Both the position numbers and the translations under genes were made by a program. From NCBI GenBank assembly GCA_013239625.1, contig MU054323.1, positions 18,494,819-18,558,818 on the forward strand: DNA of 64,000 nucleotides, given 5' to 3'. The notes beneath the pieces were generated by a model. The model searched no databases, was not told the origin of the DNA, and was given only the letters and a program-made list of their open reading frames with translations. Shown in pieces: positions 52,906 to 64,000 of this stretch; the stretch's first letter is position 1, and the number at the start of each line of letters is the position of its first letter. The DNA is from Lama guanicoe (Eukaryota).

Positions 52906-55039
52906 CAATACGTTACTACAGACGATGCCTCTGGGGGCCACAACAACGGTCACAAAGACCATCCACCAGGGAAGGTGCTAAGATCTTGACTTCCGAAGAT
53001 TGTCATTTATGTTCATAATGAACACCTACCATTTACTCTTATTCTATGTGCAAAGCAGGGAAGCAACAAATTTTAAATGAGCATAGAGGAGTCAGGTACA
53101 CTGATAGCCTTACTGTGAAAAAAAAAAAGGTAAATATAAGGACTCAAAACTCAGGGGACTGAAAGACTGGAAAACTTTAGGACCAAAGACCCAGATCCAC
53201 CTCAAAATATCCCAATGGCTTTCTATGTTAAGAACTGATTATTAAATTAACAATCAAACAGAAACACATTAATTTAAGAGAATATAGTTTACAATGGCTA
53301 CAGAAGTCATGGGATACCAGGAAAGATGCTCCTTTTGCCTAAAAGAATTCAAACCTATAGAATATGCTTTAGTTATTCAAATAACTAACTTGTGCAGGCT
53401 ATTTTAGCCCTAGATATGGCCAGAGATCCAGGCTTAATAACCTTTATATTATTATTTTATTTTTACCTTTATATTTATGCCTATACTTATGTTTACATTT
53501 ATCATATTATTATATGAATATTCTTAATAGTCTAGAACAGTCTACTATTCTATCAGACCACGTGTAGGCCAGATGAATCGCTTCCTACAACATATCAGTT
53601 TAAGCCATCTCAGAACTCACCCATATAGAGATCATTTTCCACATTAACAGCAACTCAGAAAGGACCCTCGCAGCCTTCTTCCCTTGGTAATGCATCCATC
53701 CTCCTCCAACACCATGTCCAGATATTCTGAGATGCTGAGCTACCCCAGAGGCACCCCAGCTGATTGAATTCCTGGATAGGTAGCTCTCTCTCTTCCCATC
53801 TTTCAGTTCATCTGCAAAACTCAGACATGCTGAGATTCAAATGAAACGGAATAGCTCCTTTAAAACTCAGTTTCAAGATTGTAACGTTTAGTCTGTGGGG
53901 ATGAAAGCTGTCCTTTGGGAAATGTTTTTGGTTGATTGTGCCCTAAAAATGAAACTCTCTGCTAATAGGGCTTAATGTTGCTTTCCCACCTTCATCTTGG
54001 TAAATAATAAACATATGTGTGTGACAGGGAAATGTTCTCTGTCGAAAGGGAACAGTTGGGGGCTTCTGTTAAATATTCTAATTCATTCTATTTATAAACA
54101 TATAGACAATGAATTTACTCCACACAGATCAATGATGCACCTGCAAAAGCTTAAACATAAAACAAAACTACTTTACTCAAAAGCAAATTAGTTACAGACA
54201 CACTTGACTCCTGCTCTGTATGAAGTGTATACACGTTGTCTTTGGACAGTCATCTGAGTTTAGTTCAAAGTGTTTTGTTGTTTTCCTGCCTTAGAGAGAA
54301 TGTAGTTCAGAAGCAAGAGTAACTTGGAACTGAACTTTTAAAAAAACAGCTAAAAATTCCAACTTGCTGTGGATAGGATTGTTTCCGTTGAACTGCCATG
54401 GGGGTTCCTTACTCTAGGAAAACCTCTTAACCAAGAATTCTTACTGTTCATGACCTCCAGGAGCAGAGAGTATAACTTTTTAAATTTGGTGGCAGTGCTG
54501 ACATAAGGTAACAAGCATCCTCTGGTACCCTCTGTCGTCACTAATTTACATCATCTTGTAATATATGAAAAAGAAAGGCAGACCAGTAAACAATTTTAAG
54601 TATGGAGAAAAGCTACACTCACTGTTCAGCCAAATACGGAAGTTAAACGTCACAGAGATAGTGCAGACAAAGACAGAAAGCTACAATTAAAGTTCCTTTA
54701 CTACTTAGGAATAAGAGGAAATAAATACGGCAGGAGAGAAGGGAATAGACAATAACTGGACAGGTTAGGTACATGGACGATTTTAGCATTTAGCATTTTT
54801 CTTGCTTCTCAAACTCAGTTAATCATGGCTCTTCTGGGTTAACAGAGTATGGGGGTAGAAGGCAATGTGGTTAATGTACATTCAAGAATTCCAGAAGAGA
54901 CATATGACTTCTCTAGTTTCTCATCTTCTGAGCTGCAGGACCACATGTTGTAGTCGGGGTCACAAAACCATAAGCCTCCTACATGCTTGTCTTTGCTTCG
55001 CCGATGAAGTCCACTGAAGGGGAGGACAGCCCAGAGGAG

Positions 55040-55260
55040 GCAGTGTAGCCCTTGCAGTTAGGCAGTCCTGCTGCCAAATGCTAGATCATCCCACATTAGC
55101 TGTGTGACCCAAAGGAAGTCAGTTACTCTCAACTGAGTAAGCCTTGATTTCCTCATCTGTAAAATGAGTGTAATAGCACCTGCTTAATATAGTTTTTGTG
55201 AGGATTAAATCAAGTGAATATTGTAAGAAAAACAGCATGACACCTGGCTCTCAATACATC
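55040..55260 (+). mobile_element. MIR SINE
   Basis: ttagctgtgtgacc...gccttgatttcctcatctgtaaaatgagtgtaatagcacct...tgtgaggattaaat. Confidence 0.8.
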
Positions 55261-55264
55261 TTAT

Positions 55265-55640
55265 ACCATCTCCACCATTACTGTCACCCCCAACATCACC
55301 ATCACATCCAAAACCACCACCACTACCACCAACACCATCCTCAACACCTCCACCACAACCAGCAGCACCACCATATCCCAAACCACCACCTCCAACACCA
55401 GCACCACCAGCACCACCCTATTCAAAACCACCGCCTCCAACACCACTTCTGCCACCATCACCATCTCCACCACTACCACCATCATCACCACCTCACCACC
55501 ACTACTACCACTACCCCCAACACCACCACCATCACCACTCTACCCAAAACCACCCTCCAACACCATCACCACCACCTCCAGTACCAACCACCTCAGTCGC
55601 CAGTCTCACCAACACCATCCCCACCTCTACCACCATCACC
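55265..55640. repeat. Degenerate (CAC/CAA/CAT)n trinucleotide low-complexity tract
   Basis: About 375 bp of accaccacc-type units. It produces the spurious His-rich and Val-rich ORFs. Confidence 0.92.
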
Positions 55641-57244
55641 CTCATTTTACAGGTGAAGAAACTGACTTAGAGCTTAAAGTTAAAGCTTCAAGTTGCTGCA
55701 AGTTACAAAGCTAGCAGGGGACAAAGGAAGAGCTCCAGCTGGGTGAGGAACCCAAGTCAAGCACTCCTCCTAAGTCCCATCTCTTATCTCGGAAAGTCTA
55801 ACACGGAAAAGTGGGGTGGTCCCAGTTTCAGGGCTTCACAGGGCTTCAGGGGCACCCAGACCTCCAGATCTCTCATATCTAAGCCTCAAAAAAATTGTAT
55901 CTGGAAATAAAACATCCTAAGTTGTGTCATTAATATCTGAATTACCAGGAATAGTGAAATTTCCCTGGTTGTCCTGTTAGCACCAACACCACCCTGAAGG
56001 GCAAGGGACCCAAGTTCTGCTTTCGGCTGTTTTTGCCCCTGGCCTCCAGCTCTTCAACTCTGTGTGTCACAAAGAACACAAGGCCTATCCCCCCATCTGA
56101 CCCTGTGGAGACATTATAAGAAGGAAAGAAAATGTCATGGAGAGCACAAGTCCTGGGGAGAAAGGCAGGAAATGAAAAGGCATTGTTGGTTTCGCCTGGC
56201 TCTACCGTGAGACAGCTGCATAGACCTGTGAAAAGAATGAGCCCTGGCCGGCCCAACCTTTGGCAAAAAGACGTGGTATGACGTAGGCTGCATGTCGAGC
56301 CAGGAGAGGAAGCAAAGGAGGAGATTTCCTTTCATTCTGCCCGTATTGTTGACTGCTTGTTTTCCGGACCTTCTGGACTTTCCACTACCAGGGCAGACCG
56401 GGCAAGGCAGGGCGGGAAGCTGGCAGCTGAACTCTACTGGCTGCCACAGCTGCTGGCCTGCCCAATGGACACCTTCCACAGGGCTCCCCTCAGCTGGCTC
56501 ACCCACGGCACTTCTAAAGACCATCTCTAGAGCCACTGACCCACCTTACATTTGGCTGTCCTCTCTTCCCTTCCTGCCACCTGGCTCAGAGCCACTTCTG
56601 TTCTACCAGAGCAAGGATAACACTTAAGAATTGCATGGCATTTACAACGGAATAGGGGCCTAACAGCTTTCCCATCCCAAAGAATGAATCTCAAGTGGGC
56701 AGAATTTCAGTAACCATGACAGAACAAGGTGGACATATTTTACAAGAAAACTTCAACGGTTCTCAGGATATTGTGACTCATAGACAATTTTCTACACCTC
56801 AGTCTCACAAGGACATAACATAACAACAAATAAAACCCTATTATAAGTGTTATACCCTCATGGTTGCTTAAATCTCATTCCATGGGTTACCGGTGTCCTC
56901 AGGAAAGAAAACCAAAGAAAATCTCTTCACACTTGACAATTTGATGTAAAATCTGCTCAAGTTCTACCAAGATGGTGGTTGGACCCTGGAAACTCTGAGA
57001 AAACGGAGGGCAGGGGGGGATGCAAAATAGGTTAAGGGCTACTCCAATGGAATAGGATTAAAAGTAAGTCAAAACCATCTCTGGAGACCAAGGACTAATT
57101 CACAAAGTGCAAAATAAAATACTGAGGACATTTTACTAGAAGTCTTATAAACTTTCTTCAGAAACTATAAGAGGCAATGAGATACGCAGGGGCAAGCACA
57201 TGAGCTTTTTTTTTTTTAAGTAGATCAGCAATTTTATCTGAAAA

Positions 57245-57525
57245 TTTATTTTTATTTTATTATGGTAAAAACATTTCACAAGATCTACCATCTTACAGAT
57301 GTTTAAGTGTATGACACACATTGTTAACTGTAGGTACAGTGTTGTATAACAGATCCCTAGAACTTATTCATTTTGCATGACTGAAACTGGACACCTGTTG
57401 ATTAACAACTCCCCTCCCCCTCCCCCCTCCACCACAGCTCTGCTCCTTGCTCCTATGAGATCCATCTAGTTTAGCTATCCCACACTAAAGTAGAATCATA
57501 CAGTGTTTGTCATTCTGCAACTGGC
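57245..57525 (-). mobile_element. Older L1 (L1MA-like) 3' end
   Basis: ttttattatggtaaaaaca...gatctaccatctta...ttgttaactgtaggtacagtgttgtataacagatccctagaacttattcat...aacaactcccc. Confidence 0.75.
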
Positions 57526-60500
57526 TGAAAGAGAGATATACTCAGATTAAATACCCTCTTAATGATCTTAATGATTTAAAATCCCATTAAAGAAAATGAA
57601 TGCTCACTAAGTTTTTCATTAATATTGCTAATCATCCTATTGATTGACAACGTCCACACACTCAGGTTTACCAAGATATGACTCCATCTTGAAATGCACA
57701 TCACATTTTTATCTCCAATTATGCCTTCTGCAAATGCAAATATTTTGCCCGAAATTAAGGTTTCTCCTCCAGCTTAAACTGTATCTTTGTAGTGATGTTT
57801 GTACTTAGCAAAATATGTTAGCTCATTATCTCCCGTTTTTGAGTATTTGGAGGATAGTTCTGTTTCCTTCATAATGATTAGCCCAGTACTGGGCAAAAAT
57901 CAGTAGCTTAGTAAGTACGTGCAGATGGATTAATATATAAATTCTTCTCTAACCCTGAACCAATGAAGCAACAATCCCCTAAGTGATGACTTTGAATTAT
58001 GACTCAGAAAAGAGTCCATAATTTAAATATTTCAGTGTGTCTAAACTATGAAATCTCCTCATTCGCTAAGATAAAATTTCTTTACATAACGATATTACAA
58101 CCCCAAACTCTAATTAGCAGTGGGAAAACGAGATTACAACAGCAAACAGGACAAGCTGGTTGACATGGTAAACAACACTTCTGCACATAATCAAGTTAGG
58201 CTCCTGGCAGTAGTGAATTAGAAGTCGTAAATTTTTTATTTTTATAACAGTTATGCATTCATGGAAACATATGCATTTATAAAAACATTTCTTGTAGTTG
58301 CAATTTAGATTTGCACATGATGCTACATGTGATTTGGTTCTAAGAAGAGACAGATAGTCCAGTCTGAAAAGACAATCCACCAAAGCAGAAATATATTAAA
58401 AGCCCAAAATTATTCCACCTAAAGTTTTTACATTACTTAGGAAAATTTTATGTCAGTGTAAATGCTTTATTATTTTGGTAGGCTAAATGGGGCAGATAAA
58501 ATTCTTCTGCCACACAGTAAATCTTAAATATTGATCAGATTTAAGGTAGATGTGTTAATAGCCTTTCTTGTCTAACATTATCTCTAGTATTTTTCATCAT
58601 TTCTGATTCTCCCAAATATACACCATTATTATTCTTGTTCTGGTCACTTTAAATTTTCTTACTGTTTTTTTTTCTTCATTTTTTAAAGAGCTGGCAGCCT
58701 TTTCATATTACATATTTGTTCTACTTTCAGAACTGAATTGCAATCTCATACAGCTAGGTCTTTAATCCTTGGAATTCTATAGAGCAAGAAAAGGATATTG
58801 ATAATATAAATAGCAAAAACAAAGTATTTTCCCTGTAATATAATAATAATGATTCCATAAAACCTGTAAGTACTAAAATTTTATTTCTTTTCTATTTATT
58901 TTTCAAAAAGTGATGTAAATATTTTGAATTCAAGAGGTATATTTGTTGAAATGTCTTGCATATTGCATTTGCTAGAGTCAATGAAGTTACAATTATACTT
59001 GAAAATGTAATAGTTTTAAAAATAAAGTTAACTTTGGACAGATCCACTGCTTAACAAATCATGGCTAGAAAGCCCCAGTAAACTGATTTACTAAGCAATA
59101 TATTATGTAAATTTTCCAACCTATATACTTTGCTTTCCAACTTTGCATTTTAAATGTATGACAGTAAATGTTCATGATCTTTTGAATCATCTTCCAAAAA
59201 TGATATTATTGCTGGCCTATAACTAAGTAATTAAGTTTGATTTGTATCTACATTAGTTAATTAACCTTAACATTTTCCAGAACAGTCAAGCTAATGTTAG
59301 ACTTTGAAAGCCCGAACTATGTTTTGTAATAATTATTATCACTAAACCAGCATCATGAAAGAACAAACATCACTAGCACGTCAAATCTGTGGCTATCACC
59401 TACCAAACCACAAACCAAATTAGCATATTCTTCATTGATTTTTTTTATTAGCTGTTACTTTAGACAGAATTCCCTGTTGAAAGTCAAGATTAGCTGGCAT
59501 GGGTTTAGTATTGGTCACTGATTGAGTTTCTACAACAGCATATGCTGTTAATTATATCTATTTGATGGGTTTTTGCATTATACTTTTAAAATATTTTGCT
59601 GAGAATATATTTTATTAGAGACAAGTACCTCTTACCAGTTAACCGATATTTTCCTCAAATACTGATTCTGATTTTTAAAAAGGTCAAGCTGAAATAATTC
59701 AACTCATTTACTTAAAAATAAGAATGAATAGGTACAGACTTGCTTATGTTATAAACTTCAATGACTTCCTCTACACTAAAAATGAGGTCAAGGATTAGGA
59801 AATTATCTTGTTCTTGAAAATCAGTGAATCAATAAAGGCAACTACCTCCTATCTATATCTGATCAGACTGGACCCTATTTTTACCTTGGTTAATGACGTC
59901 TTAAAATTCAATATACTCTAAATCCAGGCTTTTCCAGGAATCTCTTTTATGGTGCTCTGGAAAGAATCACAAACTCTGGCTTCATGTACAGCATTAAACA
60001 AACAAACAAAAAAAGATGTTTAAAAGTATTTAATAAAACTCAATGGTGTCAACTATTGATGTATGGTAGGTTTTTAAGAAAGTCATATCTCAAGATTAAC
60101 TGTGTAATTGGATGAAATGTAAATTCATTTTTAAAGATAAACTGAGTGGAATCTACATAGCTCAACCTCACTGCATGATGACAAACTCTCTTTCACTTGG
60201 ATCTGACTGTGTGGACCTGGCATTGGAAATAACAACCACAGGAAAAATCCATTAAAAAAAAAAACAAAGAATAAGAGACCTTTAATAATACTATATTTTT
60301 CTAGAAGCATTATGTTTGAATCCTTGGAGCCTAGCTTAAGGCTAAGTCCCAGTCACCCCAGCAAATGTATTCAAGCAATAGACCTAATAACCATCTACAA
60401 ACCTCGTCAGTAGGAAAACTCTGTAAGATGAAGACTCTTTAAAATTAAAATTCTAGAAAGAAGGCAAAAACATAAGGCTATAATTTCATTTCATTTATAA

Positions 60501-62624
60501 ATAAAATGTTTTTCCATTTCTAAAATTTCATATTTCAACTTAGTAAATGAAATCCAAGAAGAATTTTATGAAACTAGGAATTGGCAATTGTTCTAGAACA
60601 TTCCTGACAACATATATACAGAGATGGCATGCTGATAATTCCACTGATTCTTACAAGTTTTCACACGGTGTCTAAATTTCTAATACTGAAATTTGGCAAT
60701 ATTCCTTCCTTAGCAAGAATTAAATGAATTCAGTGGCATAGGGTGAGTTTTAATGTTGGCAGAATAAATTATACCATCAAATCACTGTGGTTTTTTTTCT
60801 TTCTTCTTCTTCTGCTACACTATACCTAAAAGAAAGTTATTTGTTTATGGTTTAGTAAAAAAGTCCTGGACAGCAGATTAGATAGGGAAAGCCTACCCCT
60901 CAAATGCAGAGCCATTATCCTCAAGAGAAAGCAAAAGCAAATTTTCTCGAGAAAACATCCTAAGCAAAATGAGTAAACAAAACTAAACACCAATTTGCTC
61001 ATATTTAAGAGCTCCCCTTGTGAGTTCACTTAATAACACACAATATTCCCTTAAACACATGCAACAGCATTTGTAATCCATGTAAAAGTGTACCTAATAC
61101 AAGAGGGTATTGTATTAGGTACAATGTAATGAGAAAGGTTTCCTACTAAAGAAATTAAGTTTATGGGCTAATGTGGGCAGGATCACATTCTACACAGGCT
61201 TTTGGGACAATCCTTCCTTGGGTATGTAAGGTATTCATTTGCTACTGTATTATCATCTTTCAGTAAAAAACTTGCCCCAAGGAAACACATCTCACTAAGG
61301 GAACGTTAACCCACAGGAACCAACGTAAAACAGATATTCAGCAAAAGGTATCCCACCCACACATCCAAAGATGGCTATTAAAATCTCTTTGCTTGATTTC
61401 ATTGTGACAATACACTATTTGTCCACCTCTATAATGTAATGTCAAAGAGGTGAAAGACATGGGGAGGCTCTTTTAGGAAAATCTGTTCCCTCTGCCCATC
61501 CCCACCTCCAACTTTGTGTTAATTTCCCTTACACTTACTGAAGGAGCAGTTTCATCTTGGAGAGAATGTACTCGCCATTTGATATATCTATCACATGTCA
61601 TTTACACCAAAGTTAACCATCTCTAGAACAAACTATATTTTATATTATTTTTCCTGAAATTCCCAAGTTGCCAATGATTCCACCAACATAACCGTTCATT
61701 TGAATGTCCTCTGACACCCTGCAGATATTAAAATAGTTTCCTTTCTTCCTTGCTTCCTTCCATTTTGGATACTGCTCATTGAGCCACATTTTCTGGTTTG
61801 CTTTTGGTGAGTGTGACGCCTGCTCCCCTAGGCAAGGAAGGAACAATAGCTCTCTAAACAGCAGCTGTCAATGGAAGAATCATTGCACAACCAGACATCC
61901 TGTGTTACAACACTGGCAAGTGTCACTGTAAAGTACCAAAAGGAAGAGTAAATTGTTCCCACTTCTTTTCTCTGATCTGCTCCCTGTCAACTCGGATGCT
62001 TGGACAGAATCTTATTTCCTCCCCCAACCCTATACTAGTAGGACAAAAGGGTTTGTTCCATCATGTAAAGTAAAATCAGACTGGAACTAAAGAAGAGCTT
62101 TATGACTTTTCCCCAGTGGCATAAAACTGAAAGGCAGGATTGATCATTAAGTCATAATTAAGCATTAGCATTTAAGCAGAAACATTATCTTATATTATCA
62201 CAAAAACAGTGTCAGATAAAAGCAGCAGAAGTCATTTCAGCCAGCCTTGTTAGCCAGGAAATTCTTTTCCGAGATGGTTCCTTTTTGGGCTTTCCCAATC
62301 TGTACTCGGTAATGAAGTTAGGACCTAATGTGATGTTTTAAATATTCCCTTTCTGTGTGTATATTACATGATCAAGATAGAACACACATTTTTCAGCCCA
62401 TGATAAGCAGTTGGATAAATTGTGCAGGACACTCATTCTATCATGATCTACAGATGTACTTAAAAGCTGTTAACAGTCCAAAAGTAAAAAATAAAATCAA
62501 CTTCAGATCTCTGCATATATAGCATACTGATTACTGGCTCATGAGCTAGAAATTAGGATATTTTGATAATTTGAAAGTGGTCTTACATAGTAACTATTCC
62601 ACATTTTCTTTGCCATTCAGGTTT

Positions 62625-62680
62625 TAAAAAACATGCACACACTGGCACATCCACAAACACACTCAACCACACACACACAG
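62625..62680 (-). promoter_or_regulatory. Degenerate (GT)n intronic tract with a UGCAUG motif just downstream of the exon-2 donor
   Basis: Plus strand acatgcacacactggcacatccacaaacacactcaaccacacacacacag is UG-rich in the pre-mRNA. CATGCA at 62632-62637 reads UGCAUG on the minus strand. Confidence 0.6.
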
Positions 62681-62701
62681 GTATTAAAATAAAAAGAGAG
62701 A

Positions 62702-62707
62702 ACTTAC
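62702..62707 (-). other. SLC8A1: 5' splice donor of SLC8A1 exon 2 (GT|GTAAGT, phase 2)
   Basis: The minus strand reads GAT GAA ATT GT gtaagtt. The consensus GTAAGT lies where NCX1 exon 2 is known to end, before the mutually exclusive exons A/B. Confidence 0.95.
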
Positions 62708-64000
62708 ACAATTTCATCGTTCTGGAATTCGAGCTCTCCACAAGTGTCCTCAAAGTCCTCCCCTCCACCTCTGGCAGTGCCTTCAATGGTTCTGTAGGGA
62801 ACGATGACGTTTCCGCGAGCTCCAGACGTTCTCAGCACTTTCACCTCCATGATGCCAATGCTCTCACTCACATGAGTCACGGGCTCCTCAAAAGTAAAGA
62901 TGCCTGCGTGGTCATCATCAAAAATAGTCACGGTGGCAGTGGAGGGAGACCCCAGGCAAGCGAGTGTAGAGACGTGATTGGCTTCCAGGATGCCATCTTC
63001 CGAGGCTTCGGCAGATACTTTGACATTGCTGAGATGCACAAGGAAATTCTCATCCTCCTCAAAGATATCATCATCAATGATGCCGACTCTGATTTCCTTC
63101 TGGGTCTCACCGGGCTTAAAGACCACAGTCCCTTCAGTAAATTCATAATCAGACCCGGCATTGGCCGTACCATCCTCTGTTCTGAAGTCAACAAACACTG
63201 TGTTGGTCAAATCACCACCTCTGCGGATAATGGTCAGGGCTACAGTACCACAGTTCTCCAGACACTGATATGTCCCTTGTTCAAAGAAGATCTTACTGAC
63301 AGGGTCATTTTCAGCCACTTCTGTGTTGACCTCGTGCATGCTGACAGCCTTCCTTGCTTGGTCAGCGGCATGCCTCTTTAAAATGTTGCCTGCTCCAGTC
63401 ATCAGGCGGGTAGCTTGAATGCGGTAAAATGCTCGACTCTTTTGCTGTTGACTTAAGACCTGGTAGTTAGCTAATTCTATCAATTGCTCTATTTCTTTCT
63501 CTGGATGCTTCTGCTTGAGTTCCTTCAGAATCCGAGCCATTTCTCGCCTGGCTTCTTCCTCATCTTGGTCCCTCTCGTCCACCTCCAGAACCAGAGCACC
63601 ATCTAAGAAACTGTCAACATGGGAGTTGACCACCTTCCCATCCATTTCAATTTCAGTCTTGGAAGATGGCCTGTCTCCTTCATGTTCGATAATCATTCCC
63701 CTCTGCTTGCCAGCCCGATACCTCTTGTAGACATACTTGTAAAACAGAAGCCTCCTATCTGCCACCCAAGCGAACACAACACAGATGGGAAAGAAGAAGA
63801 AAGTCAGCAAACCTTCCCAGACCTCCACGACCCCAGGAGAGATGACAGACAGAATAATGTAAAGCCAGGTATACGCAAAGATGCTCCAAGCTGCCGTCAC
63901 GAAGAACACACGCAAATGCTTGATCTTCCTGGTCTCCCCGTCTGGGACCACGTAAACACAAAGCGCGATGATGATGAACATGTTGAACGCAGCGCTCCCC
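62708..64000 (-). CDS. SLC8A1: Sodium/calcium exchanger 1 (NCX1), 3' part of large coding exon 2; continues beyond the right edge of the window
   Basis: The frame is open from the window edge (GSAAFNMFIIIALCV, end of the alpha-1 repeat). It continues through TM segments, the XIP peptide RRLLFYKYVYKRYRAGKQRG, CBD1 (VSKIFFEQGTY...DDDIFEEDE...DDDHAG) and the start of CBD2, ending ELEFQNDEIV. The exon ends GAAATTGT|gtaagt. Confidence 0.98.
63697..63756 (-). other. SLC8A1: XIP (exchanger inhibitory peptide) coding segment
   Basis: Translates to RRLLFYKYVYKRYRAGKQRG, the canonical NCX1 XIP. Confidence 0.95.

Larger units (their letters stand above)
1..62707 (-). other. SLC8A1: SLC8A1 intron following exon 2 (partial)
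   Basis: Lies downstream of the donor. It is repeat-rich, and I recognised no exon A/B peptide (KTISVKVIDDEEYEK-like). This intron is known to be very long in mammals. Confidence 0.9.

Noticed and set aside
55198..55656. 152-aa His-rich ORF and its antisense Val-rich ORF
   Set aside because: Artefact of the CAC low-complexity tract and a MIR; no gene structure.
62872..63961. Alternative-frame and antisense ORFs over exon 2
   Set aside because: Shadow ORFs of the NCX1 CDS.
63979..63981. ATG given as the ORF start
   Set aside because: This is an internal Met (GSAAFNMF); the frame is open to the window edge.
1..64000. Prokaryote-type systems (CRISPR, defence islands, operons)
   Set aside because: The sequence is clearly a mammalian intron plus exon, with no such features.

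Overview
This is mammalian genomic DNA, most likely camelid, judging by Vic-1-like tRNA-derived SINEs and artiodactyl-type L1 3' ends. The right end holds the 3' ~1.3 kb of the large coding exon 2 of SLC8A1 (NCX1 Na+/Ca2+ exchanger) on the minus strand, ending at a GT donor at 62707. The remaining ~62.7 kb is the following long intron, and I found no downstream NCX1 exon in it. The intron carries a 5'-truncated processed DNAJA1 pseudogene, several L1 fragments (some with clear target-site duplications, TSDs), SINEs (Vic-1-like, MIR), L2, LTR and DNA-transposon relics, and microsatellites. I cannot support a new biological system here. The most unusual structures are: a SINE split by ~360 bp of foreign DNA containing an exon-like cassette; a scrambled four-piece L1 inside one TSD; an apparently internally primed 87-bp L1; and an in-frame stop plus UG-rich/RBFOX elements at the exon-2 donor. 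Repeat family names come from recalled consensus similarity, not from a database search, and boundaries of old repeats are approximate.
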